From the IMG/VR virus record IMGVR_UViG_3300025085_000011: a stretch of 64,000 bases of DNA, one strand, 5' to 3'. Positions 48,200-57,973 of this stretch are shown here, one piece after another (positions within the stretch are counted from its first letter, which is position 1; every line of letters begins with the position of its first letter). The translations under genes were made by a program, and so were the position numbers. The DNA is from an uncultured virus (IMG/VR IMGVR_UViG_3300025085_000011) (lineage: Duplodnaviria; Heunggongvirae; Uroviricota; Caudoviricetes). Below the pieces are notes generated by a model. The model was not told the origin of the DNA. It saw nothing but the letters and a program-made list of their open reading frames with translations, and searched no databases.

Positions 48200-49368
48200 T
48201 TTGATAGCTCCTTTACTGCTGAATCAAATGCGTCTGAAATTCGATCCCAACGATAAGAAGGGTTTTGTGTCACTTCATAGCAGTCGTCAGCTTTTTTAGC
48301 GTAGTAGTCAGGGTCTTCATAGAGTTTCGTAAGTTTGGCTGCGGCGTCTTTTACGTCAATAATCCCACGCTCTACACCTAGGTCTTTATCCCAAATCCAA
48401 GCAGCTACATCGATTAAGTCAGCTTTGTCTTTCCAAATGTCCGCGCTTGACGTGTGGTTTGGCAAAACTAATGGGCGACGACACGAGGCGTGCTCAAAAG
48501 GTACAAGACCCCAACCTTCTCCATTACAAGTGTTAATCCCTACGTCACAAGCGTTATAAATTCTGTTGAGTAATTCATCGGGAGGTGCGTCTGCATAATT
48601 TATATTTTGAGCTGTCATGATCATTCTGTTGTCGTGCTCAAGGTTTAATCGTTTCATTTCAGCTGTAAAGACAGCACGAATATCCCAACCGATGTCTTTT
48701 TCAGACATATGAAGGTAAAGCATAGTGTCGTCTTTACCTACTGCAAACTCAGCAAAAGCTTTTATTGTTAGGTCTATTTGCTTACGAGGTTGGTTTCTAT
48801 TAGCGTTTAAAACAATAAATTTATCTTCTGGTAGGCGCAAAGACTTTCTTGCTTCATCTCTGGGCATAGGAAAAAACTTACCTTCGTCGAGACCATGAGG
48901 TACAACACCTAGTAGTTTCGGCTTAACGCCTTGGGCCAGAACTCTATTGGCTTGTTCAATCGTGAACGTAATCGAGAAATCCCAGTCTTTGATGTAAGCC
49001 AGCTGTGATTCAATATACTGCTCAGAATCAATAGGGAAGTAAGCAATAAATTTAAATTTAAGGTTGTCTTTTAACAGGTGTATCCGTTCCCAAACTTGGT
49101 TGCAAATCCATATATCATTTAAGACAATTACAAAATCAGGTTTTTCTTTCTGAATAATTGTTGGTAATCTACCTATACCAAACCGATCTGCTGGGTTTGT
49201 CGTTCCCGCTGGATAGACTTTAAAAGGTAGATCATGAGGATCTCCTTGGTAATTCATCCCATAACTAACAATTTCATGCTTCTTTGACAGATGCTCTAGA
49301 ACACTGTGTGTCACTCTAGCAAATCCAGTGTTAGATAGAATATCGCCGTACCAAAGAATTTTTGCCAT
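48196..49368 (-). CDS. Glycosyltransferase family 4 (GT-B)
   Basis: TGFARV, PHG, NRNQPRK, YNACDV...GEGWGL.PFE. Confidence 0.9.
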   Translation of the reverse strand: MAKILWYGDILSNTGFARVTHSVLEHLSKKHEIVSYGMNYQGDPHDLPFKVYPAGTTNPADRFGIGRLPTIIQKEKPDFVIVLNDIWICNQVWERIHLLKDNLKFKFIAYFPIDSEQYIESQLAYIKDWDFSITFTIEQANRVLAQGVKPKLLGVVPHGLDEGKFFPMPRDEARKSLRLPEDKFIVLNANRNQPRKQIDLTIKAFAEFAVGKDDTMLYLHMSEKDIGWDIRAVFTAEMKRLNLEHDNRMIMTAQNINYADAPPDELLNRIYNACDVGINTCNGEGWGLVPFEHASCRRPLVLPNHTSSADIWKDKADLIDVAAWIWDKDLGVERGIIDVKDAAAKLTKLYEDPDYYAKKADDCYEVTQNPSYRWDRISDAFDSAVKELSK

Positions 49369-49411
49369 TAACGAGTAGAATCCTACTGATACTATACAGA
49401 CATAACTAGAT

Positions 49412-50935
49412 ATGCCAAGCCGGGAATCTTTTGCTTATAGAAGAGCGTTAAAGCTAAGAGCAACAAAAGCTGTAGAAAAAGATACCTCTGAGTTAGATAG
49501 TGTATTTGCACGTGCTGCAGATGACTTTATGACATTCAGTACGTTGATGGATAAAGCACCAGCTCCTCATATGCTCGAATGGTATAAGCACTTGATTACC
49601 GGAGACAGCAATCAGTATCTTTTAGACATCGCTGGACCCAACTTAGACATTCTTGCGCCCAGGGGGTCGGCAAAAAGTACTGTCTTAAACCTTTTTACAG
49701 CGTGGATTATTGGCCGACATACGTCGAAAGGTATGCCGCTTCAGATAATTTATACAAGTTACAACATCGCTACAGCTATACCTAAGTCTCGAATTATTAA
49801 ACAAATTATTGATAGCTCTACTTTTAAAAAAATATTTCCTAGGTGTCAGCTTCGAGCTGGGATGCAATCAGACATTGGCTGGAGTATTGACTTCGATTAT
49901 GCAGGTATCTCAAGGGTCGGTGACGAAGAATTTACTCTACGTGCTGCAGGACTAAGAGGTTCAATCACGTCTAAACGAGCACACCTAGTCATCGTGGATG
50001 ACCCAATCAAATCCAGTACGGATATTAAAAATCCAGCTATTAGGGAAGAAATGAACAACAATTGGAGTTCTGTTATTGCTCCGATTATTTTTGAAGGTGG
50101 TCGATCAATTTGTCTTGGTACGAGATTTCATCCTCTTGATATCCACAAAACAATGTTTAACCCTAAAAAAGGATGGAAACAGGTGATGCAGTCCGCAATT
50201 ACCTATGACGACGATGGAGATCCCGTATCGTACTGGCCCGACCAGTGGTCCACAGACTATTTGCTAGGGCAAAAAGAATTAGATCCTGTTGCTTTTGCGT
50301 TCCAGTATCAACAGCAACCAGTGATGTCTAGTGATCTGGTGCTCTCTCCAGACCTGCTTGTCAAAGGGGATGTTCTTACAGAGTTTGACTCTCTTGCAGT
50401 TGGTGTAGACCTATCCGCAAGCAAAAACGAAACTTCTGATTACACAGCTTTTGTTTTAGGAGGTAGGTGTAAAGACAAGTACTACATTATCGATGCGCAG
50501 CAAGTGCGCTCTATAGGCAACCTTGAGAAGATAGATCTTTTATGTAAGATTTTGGTTGAGTGGGGCATCTTACAAGAAGATAACGAAGGAAGATTTTTAC
50601 CTACTTACTCAACCTGCACTCTGGTAGTAGAAGCTGTGGCGTACCAGGCATCTCTGTCCGCTGACTTAAAAAGAGTAATGCTCGGAGAGTGGGGTTTGGG
50701 TAACTTACATATCCACGAAGTCAAAGGTTTTCGCGGAGACAAGATCTCACGCTTCCGAGGGACACTTGGTTTGCTTGAAAATAAAAAAGTGATCTTCAAC
50801 AGATACCGTAAGTTTGATCAGCTTTTTGACCAGATTGTAAACATAGGCGCGACTACGCACGATGACCTACTAGACGCGTACACACACTTGGTTACATTTT
50901 TACAACGACGGGGTAGTTTTGAAATTGAATATTAA
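49412..50935 (+). CDS. terL: Terminase large subunit
   Basis: APRGSAKST, VIVDDP, GTRFH..D, QYQQQP, GVDLS...SDYTA, HDDLLDA. Confidence 0.92.
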   Translation: MPSRESFAYRRALKLRATKAVEKDTSELDSVFARAADDFMTFSTLMDKAPAPHMLEWYKHLITGDSNQYLLDIAGPNLDILAPRGSAKSTVLNLFTAWIIGRHTSKGMPLQIIYTSYNIATAIPKSRIIKQIIDSSTFKKIFPRCQLRAGMQSDIGWSIDFDYAGISRVGDEEFTLRAAGLRGSITSKRAHLVIVDDPIKSSTDIKNPAIREEMNNNWSSVIAPIIFEGGRSICLGTRFHPLDIHKTMFNPKKGWKQVMQSAITYDDDGDPVSYWPDQWSTDYLLGQKELDPVAFAFQYQQQPVMSSDLVLSPDLLVKGDVLTEFDSLAVGVDLSASKNETSDYTAFVLGGRCKDKYYIIDAQQVRSIGNLEKIDLLCKILVEWGILQEDNEGRFLPTYSTCTLVVEAVAYQASLSADLKRVMLGEWGLGNLHIHEVKGFRGDKISRFRGTLGLLENKKVIFNRYRKFDQLFDQIVNIGATTHDDLLDAYTHLVTFLQRRGSFEIEY

Positions 50936-50943
50936 TTGATTTT

Positions 50944-51867
50944 TTGGGTAGTACTGTAGTAGCAGTGTTCTGGTTTTCTGAGTTGAACAATTTAAAATTT
51001 CTAATTTTTGTCACAGCACATAATCCTTTGAGCAAATTTGACGTGTTGCTGGAGACACTCAGAGCTTATCAAGACTTACCGGGCACACAAGACGTAAACA
51101 TTATCATCGATAATGCACACGCAAGTGATGCCGTTGAGTTTCGTGAGCTGTTAGATGCAAACCTAACGTTCGAGTCGCTAAAAATTGTTTGCGCTTCGGC
51201 TGAGTTTGATCAAGGCTACTTTCTTACGTGGGCACACAAACCTATGCTCTTTGATGCTGTTAAAAAAAAGTCGCATGATATTTATATGTACTCAGAAAAC
51301 GACATGCTCTTTACGAGAGAAAACTTTGACTTTTGGTACGGGTACAAGGATAAGTTAAAAAAAATTAATTATGAACCCTCCTTTTGTCGTTACGAAGAAT
51401 TTCAAGATCAAAAAATTCCCTTTGATAATTATCGCAACTGGAAGCTAAATGGACTAACAAAAAATGTGTGGGGTGATAGACCTTACAAGGTAGAGACTGT
51501 ACCTGCGTTAGATGACCAAGAACTTCTTGGGTTTGTAACTTTAGGAAATCCATATTCTGGTCTGATGGTTCTGGATCAAGAAATGGCTGATACCTACATA
51601 AATTCTATAAGTGCAGATTTTGTACAAAGTACTAATAGAGTCTCTTTTCGTTGCTGGCCAGAAGGTGACAGAAGTTCTTTAGGTACTTGTTTTGAAAATT
51701 TACTCCCTGGTCAAGACCACAGGCGCTTAGTGCCTGTTGTGCGTAACGGCGACTCAATTCAAATTGCTAGTTGTGGTTTGGTGAAGCATCAGGACACTAA
51801 GTACAGCGAACAGTTGTTTCAAGGAGTAGATTCGCTGATAACAGTAGAGACGATGCTTGAACTCTGA
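50944..51867 (+). CDS. Putative glycosyltransferase (GT-A-like)
   Basis: LTWAHK...YMYSENDML acidic motif, NPYSG. Start uncertain. Confidence 0.5.
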   Translation: MGSTVVAVFWFSELNNLKFLIFVTAHNPLSKFDVLLETLRAYQDLPGTQDVNIIIDNAHASDAVEFRELLDANLTFESLKIVCASAEFDQGYFLTWAHKPMLFDAVKKKSHDIYMYSENDMLFTRENFDFWYGYKDKLKKINYEPSFCRYEEFQDQKIPFDNYRNWKLNGLTKNVWGDRPYKVETVPALDDQELLGFVTLGNPYSGLMVLDQEMADTYINSISADFVQSTNRVSFRCWPEGDRSSLGTCFENLLPGQDHRRLVPVVRNGDSIQIASCGLVKHQDTKYSEQLFQGVDSLITVETMLEL

Positions 51868-52144
51868 TTTTCAAGAAATGACTGACTTTGAGTGCAGAGT
51901 GAAGGACGCAGCTCACTGTGCCCCTACAACAAGTCGTGTAGATCACCCTACGCATTACAACACAGGGGGTATAGAGACCATTGATTACCTGGAGTCTGCT
52001 CTGACTCGTGATGAGTATATAGGCTTCCTTAAAGGTAATATTTTGAAATATTTATCTCGTGAGCGTTTTAAAAACGGAATCGAGGACTGTAAGAAAGCAA
52101 AGTGGTACATGGACAGACTTGTCTCATTTAGCGAAAAAGTTTGA
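51857..52144 (+). CDS. DUF3310 / T7 gp1.7-like nucleotide kinase domain protein
   Basis: VDHPTHY..GGIETIDY...GNILKYL.R...KNG.ED..KA.WY. Confidence 0.85.
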   Translation: MNSDFQEMTDFECRVKDAAHCAPTTSRVDHPTHYNTGGIETIDYLESALTRDEYIGFLKGNILKYLSRERFKNGIEDCKKAKWYMDRLVSFSEKV

Positions 52145-52179
52145 ATTACAGTTAAAGTAGAGAGACGTACAGCAAGCGT

Positions 52180-52464
52180 ATGAATATTAGAGCTTTTGGT
52201 TCTGTCTTTGGTCAGACCAGTGAACTACCAATGGCCAGTGGGTTTCTATGGAAACCTGCTGATGGTCAGAAAACATTTTCAACCTGCCGTAGCGTCTTTA
52301 TCGAAGCTAAATCGTCGTCAGGCAAAGACGATGTTTTTGTCGAGTTTAGTGACGGTCCTGGTCAGTATATTCATGTTGAAAATTTAATAGGTGACCAAAA
52401 ACTGCCGTTTGCCTTAACTGGGATTAGCGGCGGTTCTATTGAAGGCGCTATCGTTCTCTTCTAA
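52180..52464 (+). CDS. Hypothetical, probably virion protein
   Basis: 94 aa, beta-rich. Confidence 0.55.
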   Translation: MNIRAFGSVFGQTSELPMASGFLWKPADGQKTFSTCRSVFIEAKSSSGKDDVFVEFSDGPGQYIHVENLIGDQKLPFALTGISGGSIEGAIVLF

Positions 52465-52468
52465 AGCT

Positions 52469-52759
52469 ATGAACCCTTACGACAAGGCAGCTTTCGGCTT
52501 TGCGAAAGCATATCAAATGAATATGAGGGCAGCAAATGAGCAGCGTAGCGCTAACTCGCCTTCAGACAATGCCTTCACAGAAGAGATGATGGATGAGGAA
52601 AAGGCATTGAACTACTCCCCCTCAGGTATGGAGCCTGCTCCTCCTGCAGATCAATACAATCAGTTTGGAGCAAACGAGCAGGAAGAAGAAATGGCAGGAG
52701 CTAACGGGAATTCGGTCGAAAGAGCTAAAGCAAAGGTATCCAAATACCTCAGAGGTTGA
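52469..52759 (+). CDS. Hypothetical protein
   Basis: Likely start MNPYDK. Confidence 0.6.
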   Translation: MNPYDKAAFGFAKAYQMNMRAANEQRSANSPSDNAFTEEMMDEEKALNYSPSGMEPAPPADQYNQFGANEQEEEMAGANGNSVERAKAKVSKYLRG

Positions 52760-52796
52760 TTTCGAGGTAGTATGTTGTCATTGACGTGACTTCACA

Positions 52797-53609
52797 GTGC
52801 TTCTAGATTGCTTTCCTTATTTTAATGAACGTGAACTTCTCGAACTGCGTATTCGGACATTAGAAGATCACGTCGATGGTTTCTTGATCACTGACGCCAA
52901 TAGAACTCATAGAGGTGAGGAGAAAAACTTTACATGCCTAGAAACAATCCGAGAGCTTGGTCTGCCAGAGGAAAAAATTCAAGTCTTGCATGTGGAACTA
53001 CCTTCTTATGAAGAAGTCCCAGACCCATGGATTCGAGAGCGTGGCCAGAGAGACGCACTAGGTGTCGGTCTCGATTTAATGGATGATGACGATATTTTCA
53101 TCTGTTCCGATTGCGATGAAATTGCTAACCCTTCTCGGTTTTCTGAACTTATGGAAGTAGTAAAAGAGGAGAAAGAAAAAATTGTTAGACTCAGCATGAG
53201 CATGCACTACGGCAGAGCTGACAGACAGCTTGTATCTCCTACGGGAGAGCTGTTTGATTGGCGATGCGGAATTGTAAGTACTGTCGGTAAATTCAAAGAT
53301 TTTGGTACTCTTTCCTCAATGAGAGCTAGTACGGAGAATCATTATTTTGGAGAACGTGACGCAGGTTGGCACTTGAGTTGGATGGGTGATTCAGATAAGC
53401 GAAAGACAAAACTTCGTTCTATTGCTGAATATTACATATGGGATCGCCCTGAAGTACAGAAACTGTGTGAGGACTTTGAACCTGAAGAAGGTAAAACAGA
53501 CATGTTGGGTCGAGAGGATCATCTGTTGACTTCTTACCCTGTTGAAAATTTGATGCCTGAAGCAGTTAAACTAGAAAGAGTTAAGGCGTATTTACTTCCT
53601 GATGGCTAA
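52797..53609 (+). CDS. Glycosyltransferase family 17 (MGAT3-like GlcNAc transferase)
   Basis: DCFPYFNE.ELLELR...L...VD.F, RERGQRD, SDCDEI, AGWHLSW. Confidence 0.85.
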   Translation: MLLDCFPYFNERELLELRIRTLEDHVDGFLITDANRTHRGEEKNFTCLETIRELGLPEEKIQVLHVELPSYEEVPDPWIRERGQRDALGVGLDLMDDDDIFICSDCDEIANPSRFSELMEVVKEEKEKIVRLSMSMHYGRADRQLVSPTGELFDWRCGIVSTVGKFKDFGTLSSMRASTENHYFGERDAGWHLSWMGDSDKRKTKLRSIAEYYIWDRPEVQKLCEDFEPEEGKTDMLGREDHLLTSYPVENLMPEAVKLERVKAYLLPDG

Positions 53610-53754
53610 TAAAATGCCCCCCGAGCTTCTCGAAAAGTTCAAGAAAAGTAGAGAAGAAAAATCAGGTTCTAACGAAGAGGACCAAAAGAAAGATAAGCGT
53701 AAATCCGCTCTTTCTAAAGCTCGCAAAGCTAAAGAAATGAGTTCCAAAAAGTAA
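53602..53754 (+). CDS. Small charged protein (50 aa, not in ORF track)
   Basis: MANKMPPELLEKFKK...ALSKARKAKEMSSKK. Confidence 0.55.
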   Translation: MANKMPPELLEKFKKSREEKSGSNEEDQKKDKRKSALSKARKAKEMSSKK

Positions 53755-53788
53755 TTCTAAGAAATTACAAACCACTGTGTGTGTATAG

Positions 53789-56014
53789 ATGAGTTCCTCC
53801 GAAACTAGAACAGCTTTTACCGAGATTTTGGAGGCTTCACGCACTCAAGATCGAAGTAACTCATCGTCCACGATGGTGGTTTTGAGTCATCTTCAGCAGA
53901 TGATTCTGTTGATGATGAAAAAAGGCTTGGCTTTTTATTGTGACCAAGACACGTTTAAAGGTCGTACAAGATTTTTAAACGATGTCATTAGTCTTAATAA
54001 ACTAGACATCCGATTCCCAGCAATCATCCGTAACTTTCTTATCGATGGTTGCGGTCTTTTTTACTTCAGACCCGACCCAAAACTTAAGTATCAAATTTAC
54101 TTTTTTAACAAAAATCAATACCGTGTATACCATGACACGAACGGTAATGTAGAAGAAGTCGTAATTGTCTACAGCTACAAGGTAAAGAACGCTTCTTTAG
54201 GGCTACCTACCGACACTTACGGCCAAAACAAAAGGTATGTTCGTTTAACAATCACTGCCAAAGAAATTACTGAAGTTGAGACTGACAGTGAAGTTAGCTT
54301 TGAGTTGGAGCCTGGTTCAGTCTTAACTCCAACTAAGAGTAGACCTAACACACTTGGGTTCATCCCAGCCGTGGAAGTCCTCAATAAACCAAACTCAAGT
54401 GGAACAGAAGGAGAAGGTGAGTTTGATCCGTTTATGGAGCAGATTGTTTTACACAATCAACTTACGAAAAACGTTGCTAAGAACATTGAGTTTTTTGGTA
54501 ACCCAACGCTTATTAGCTCTCGGCCACGAACCGATCTTGTAGAAGCAAACGACAGTCAGTCTACTTTTAGGCCCACTATTAGTAGTCAAAGTGGTTTTGC
54601 GGGAATGAACCAACCGTCGACTCGGGTTTCTGAGCCGTTCGGAGCAGGTATGGGTTCCGGTTTACGTGTTCCAAGGATTATCGCCAACGTCGAACCCTCG
54701 GATCGTGTGGGCTATATGACTCCTGACCCAGTGTCAGGTGACATGAACAGATACATTCTTTTGTTGAGAGAGGAGATCAGAACAGCCTTAGGTGGGGTTG
54801 ATGAGATCTCTATTTCTGCTGGTGCTACTGCCACAGAGATTAAAGGTTTGATGGGACGAGCCCAGGCAACGGCTCTTCGGAAAAACAAAGGATTTTTGAC
54901 TTACGGCTTTAATCGTCTTCTTGAGATGATGATCTATCACCAAGAAGTAATTTTTAGAGAATCATTTGTCAGTCTGGCTGGGCTTAAAGAACCCAAACCT
55001 CCAAAAGAAGAAACAGATGAGTCAATTGAAAAATATCAGCAGTCACTTGTCAAATTTGAAGCTAAAGTAAATCAAGCGATGAAAGTCGCACTGGAGACTA
55101 ATACAGTTCCTCCAGGTGTTGTCGGTCTACCTGAAGACGGAGAGCGCGAAGTAACCTACAGATTCCAAGGTGATGTCTACGAAGACACTGCCTACGACAT
55201 CAATCAAAAGTCGATTGTCGTTAGGAACCTGCAGGAGCTGGGTGTTGATAGCATAGAAGCTCTGAAGTTTCTTTTCCCTGAAAAGACTGATTCAGAAAGA
55301 GCTGAAATGTTAAAAGGCTTTCCTTTTAGGATGGTCCAACAAACACAATCAGCCATGCAACAATTTCTGGTATTATTAAGCCAGATGTTGCAGTCTCCGC
55401 ATCCTCTTGCGCCTAATCAGCCTCTAGCGGCTGATCCTAGACTGAATATTACACCGCTCCTTTACAGGACGTTTGACCACCTCGCTGAAGAACTAACTTA
55501 CTCGGGTAGCTATGAGCCAGCAGATCCAAGCTTCGATCCCGAGCCCGGTCTCCCCGGCGGCAGCCCCGGCGGTGGATCAGGGTTCGGTAGGAACACCACA
55601 ATGGGTTCCACAAACCCAAGCACCACCTACCCAGGCGGTAGCTTCGGTTCCTATGCACCAACAGCCGTCGCAGGCGGCACTGGTTTCGGACCCTTCTACC
55701 AACAACCAGTACAGCCAGTCAACATCTCCATCCTCCCCCAGCAATCCGTGGGAAGCAGCGATGGGTTCGTTGGAGCGGGTGCTGAGTCAAGTCAACTCGA
55801 CATCCCTCAGCCAAACTCCACAGTCTTACTACCAGGCGGAGCAGGCGCAGGCTACTCCACAGAACAGTCAGACTTTACAGGCCCAGCCTTGGGCTTATCA
55901 GGCACCCCAGGCAGCGCAGACCTTACCTACCAGCGTTACACCGACCCAGGCTTCCTATCCAACTTCTACGGAAACGAAAGCAGGAATCAGCGACGTAACC
56001 GCAGAAGTAGTTAG
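53789..56014 (+). CDS. Portal protein with long low-complexity C-terminal tail
   Basis: 741 aa between TerL and capsid. NTLGFIPAVE, FFGNP, GATATEIK. Identification is positional and compositional. Confidence 0.7.
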   Translation: MSSSETRTAFTEILEASRTQDRSNSSSTMVVLSHLQQMILLMMKKGLAFYCDQDTFKGRTRFLNDVISLNKLDIRFPAIIRNFLIDGCGLFYFRPDPKLKYQIYFFNKNQYRVYHDTNGNVEEVVIVYSYKVKNASLGLPTDTYGQNKRYVRLTITAKEITEVETDSEVSFELEPGSVLTPTKSRPNTLGFIPAVEVLNKPNSSGTEGEGEFDPFMEQIVLHNQLTKNVAKNIEFFGNPTLISSRPRTDLVEANDSQSTFRPTISSQSGFAGMNQPSTRVSEPFGAGMGSGLRVPRIIANVEPSDRVGYMTPDPVSGDMNRYILLLREEIRTALGGVDEISISAGATATEIKGLMGRAQATALRKNKGFLTYGFNRLLEMMIYHQEVIFRESFVSLAGLKEPKPPKEETDESIEKYQQSLVKFEAKVNQAMKVALETNTVPPGVVGLPEDGEREVTYRFQGDVYEDTAYDINQKSIVVRNLQELGVDSIEALKFLFPEKTDSERAEMLKGFPFRMVQQTQSAMQQFLVLLSQMLQSPHPLAPNQPLAADPRLNITPLLYRTFDHLAEELTYSGSYEPADPSFDPEPGLPGGSPGGGSGFGRNTTMGSTNPSTTYPGGSFGSYAPTAVAGGTGFGPFYQQPVQPVNISILPQQSVGSSDGFVGAGAESSQLDIPQPNSTVLLPGGAGAGYSTEQSDFTGPALGLSGTPGSADLTYQRYTDPGFLSNFYGNESRNQRRNRRSS

Positions 56015-56444
56015 CCACTTCGGTATCGAAGCTCCGGGCATTCTTAATCAGTACGCCTGCGGACTCGAAGATCTTCTAGTTAATCAAGCTACCCAGCTTG
56101 ACACTATTGCTGCTCGTCATGATGCGATGCAGACAATTTTGACAGATCCTGATCATCTGGCTAACTACACAGATCGCTACTTCACTGAAGTCGTACCTGT
56201 GGATGTTGATGACAACGCTCTGGCCATGCAAGGTCAGCAAGCAGGTCAAGCCTATCAACAGACCTACGACATGCCCGCTCCTTCAGCTGGTGTAGCAGGT
56301 TCACAACAAGGGGTCGCTCCTCAACAGCAGTGGGATCAGTTCACTGATGTGATGAACCGTAACCCTGAAAACGCTTGGCGTGTTCTTGGTGCCATGGGAC
56401 CAGAAGCTATGCGCTCAAAGCTTTTGTTCATGGATCCTTCCTGA
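55512..56444 (+). CDS. Putative capsid scaffolding protein, overlapping the portal 3' end
   Basis: 310 aa, Gln/Pro/Ala-rich, followed by a terminator, near the capsid gene. Confidence 0.6.
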   Translation: MSQQIQASIPSPVSPAAAPAVDQGSVGTPQWVPQTQAPPTQAVASVPMHQQPSQAALVSDPSTNNQYSQSTSPSSPSNPWEAAMGSLERVLSQVNSTSLSQTPQSYYQAEQAQATPQNSQTLQAQPWAYQAPQAAQTLPTSVTPTQASYPTSTETKAGISDVTAEVVSHFGIEAPGILNQYACGLEDLLVNQATQLDTIAARHDAMQTILTDPDHLANYTDRYFTEVVPVDVDDNALAMQGQQAGQAYQQTYDMPAPSAGVAGSQQGVAPQQQWDQFTDVMNRNPENAWRVLGAMGPEAMRSKLLFMDPS

Positions 56445-56469
56445 CCCAGTTAAGTTAATCAGCGAAATT

Positions 56470-56494
56470 AAGCTCCCTAACTGGGGGCTTTTTT
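56470..56494 (+). terminator. Intrinsic terminator
   Basis: aagctccc-taact-gggggctt followed by tttt. Confidence 0.65.
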
Positions 56495-56527
56495 CTTGCT
56501 ATTCTTTATTTAATTAAGGCTTTTAAA

Positions 56528-56671
56528 ATGCGTACTCTTGGTGATAAGCAGCGGAAACAACCTCAGCAAACAAAAGAGGTAAAAACCGTAGAAGCTCCTG
56601 TCGAGACTCCTAATCCTCCAGCTGCTTCAGAATCAAATCAAATTTTTGATGAGTCAGTCGCTTTAGGTTAA
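56528..56671 (+). CDS. Small hypothetical protein (47 aa, not in ORF track)
   Basis: MRTLGDKQRKQPQQTKEVK... Confidence 0.45.
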   Translation: MRTLGDKQRKQPQQTKEVKTVEAPVETPNPPAASESNQIFDESVALG

Positions 56672-56986
56672 ATCTGAAGTTTGTTTTTTGACTTTTGCTT
56701 CTAAGATTTTATCCGCCATAGACAAAAGTCGAATCCCTGCATAACCACATACAAAGGACGTGGCTACAGATTCTGACTTTGATAAATTAAACTTTTCTGA
56801 TACAGCAGGACTAACGAACACAGCTAAGAAATAACCAACTACTAATGTTCTTATAAGCATGAAACCCATGTGTTTCATGTTTTTTTTATGGACGATAGAG
56901 TCCGTAAGGGAACCTGCTACTGAGGCCATAATACCCTCTCCATCATTTATCAAGATACCGAGTACCTTTGCTCCAAAAAATAGCAT
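56663..56986 (-). CDS. Membrane protein, holin candidate
   Basis: About three hydrophobic segments, GY.G motif, basic C-terminus. Confidence 0.5.
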   Translation of the reverse strand: MLFFGAKVLGILINDGEGIMASVAGSLTDSIVHKKNMKHMGFMLIRTLVVGYFLAVFVSPAVSEKFNLSKSESVATSFVCGYAGIRLLSMADKILEAKVKKQTSDLT

Positions 56987-57059
56987 CCAGAGCCAAGCAA
57001 AAGAACCTAAGCTTGTTTAATTTTAACTCAGGTAAACTTATATGAGTTGATTTTACGTA

Positions 57060-57881
57060 ATGGTTTATATCCCTACTTCCAACTGGAAATACGACAAAAG
57101 CCTTTACCACTCGATTCAGTCTGGACCTCAACGAACAGGAGATAACTTAGATCGAACAGATACGTACTTAACTTTTTCTAGTGGCTACGTGATGCCTAAT
57201 GGCGTTCAACAAACCTATGAGTCAGTAAGTAGCGAGGGTGCTGACTTTGGAGTTATTCGAGTAGGTCCGCCAAACATCAGCGGTTACTTTAATACCGAGT
57301 GGAAGGCAGTACCACCGGCAATAAGTGGTTACTGGACAAATTACGACAACGTAAACCCTCATGCTTCAGGTCTACTAGACAGCTATGTAGGCTTTAGAGC
57401 ACAAGGTTTGTATAAGACAGCAAACTCAACGGTTCAAACCGCGATCGGTCCTCAACCAGGTTTACGGAACTTTGGATCATTCACGTGGTATGGAGAACAA
57501 GTACCAGATAATCAAATTTATAGTCCGTTCCAAACTCCTAGATCTAATGACAACTCAAGTGAAGGAGGAGGAATTACCGGCGGAGGTATAACGCAACCTA
57601 GGTTACGTGCTCCAGCATTAACTAACCCAACTAATGACACTACGGGGTCAAGAGCAGCTTGGGTGTACCACTATCCGATCTATTGTCAGAGTTTGGTTGA
57701 GACGCGATATAGCTCAGCACCAGGTCAGATGGGCTCCCCAACACGTAACAGCTACCGAGGTAAGTCCTCGCGTTACGTACCAAACTACGGCTCCGTATAT
57801 GGAAAACTTGGAGAAGGAGTTAGGAACATGGTACGCACCTTTAGTCCTGGTGTTAATAGCTCTAATCAAAAAGGCATTTAA
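57060..57881 (+). CDS. Hypothetical structural protein
   Basis: 273 aa, Gly/Ser/Tyr-rich, directly upstream of the capsid gene. Confidence 0.55.
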   Translation: MVYIPTSNWKYDKSLYHSIQSGPQRTGDNLDRTDTYLTFSSGYVMPNGVQQTYESVSSEGADFGVIRVGPPNISGYFNTEWKAVPPAISGYWTNYDNVNPHASGLLDSYVGFRAQGLYKTANSTVQTAIGPQPGLRNFGSFTWYGEQVPDNQIYSPFQTPRSNDNSSEGGGITGGGITQPRLRAPALTNPTNDTTGSRAAWVYHYPIYCQSLVETRYSSAPGQMGSPTRNSYRGKSSRYVPNYGSVYGKLGEGVRNMVRTFSPGVNSSNQKGI

Positions 57882-57973
57882 CTTCATTAAACCACTATAA
57901 ATGCGACACAATTTTCGTTCAAACAGTATCTACTGGTTTATATTTATAAAGTAGTTTTTTTCGAGGGAATCCA

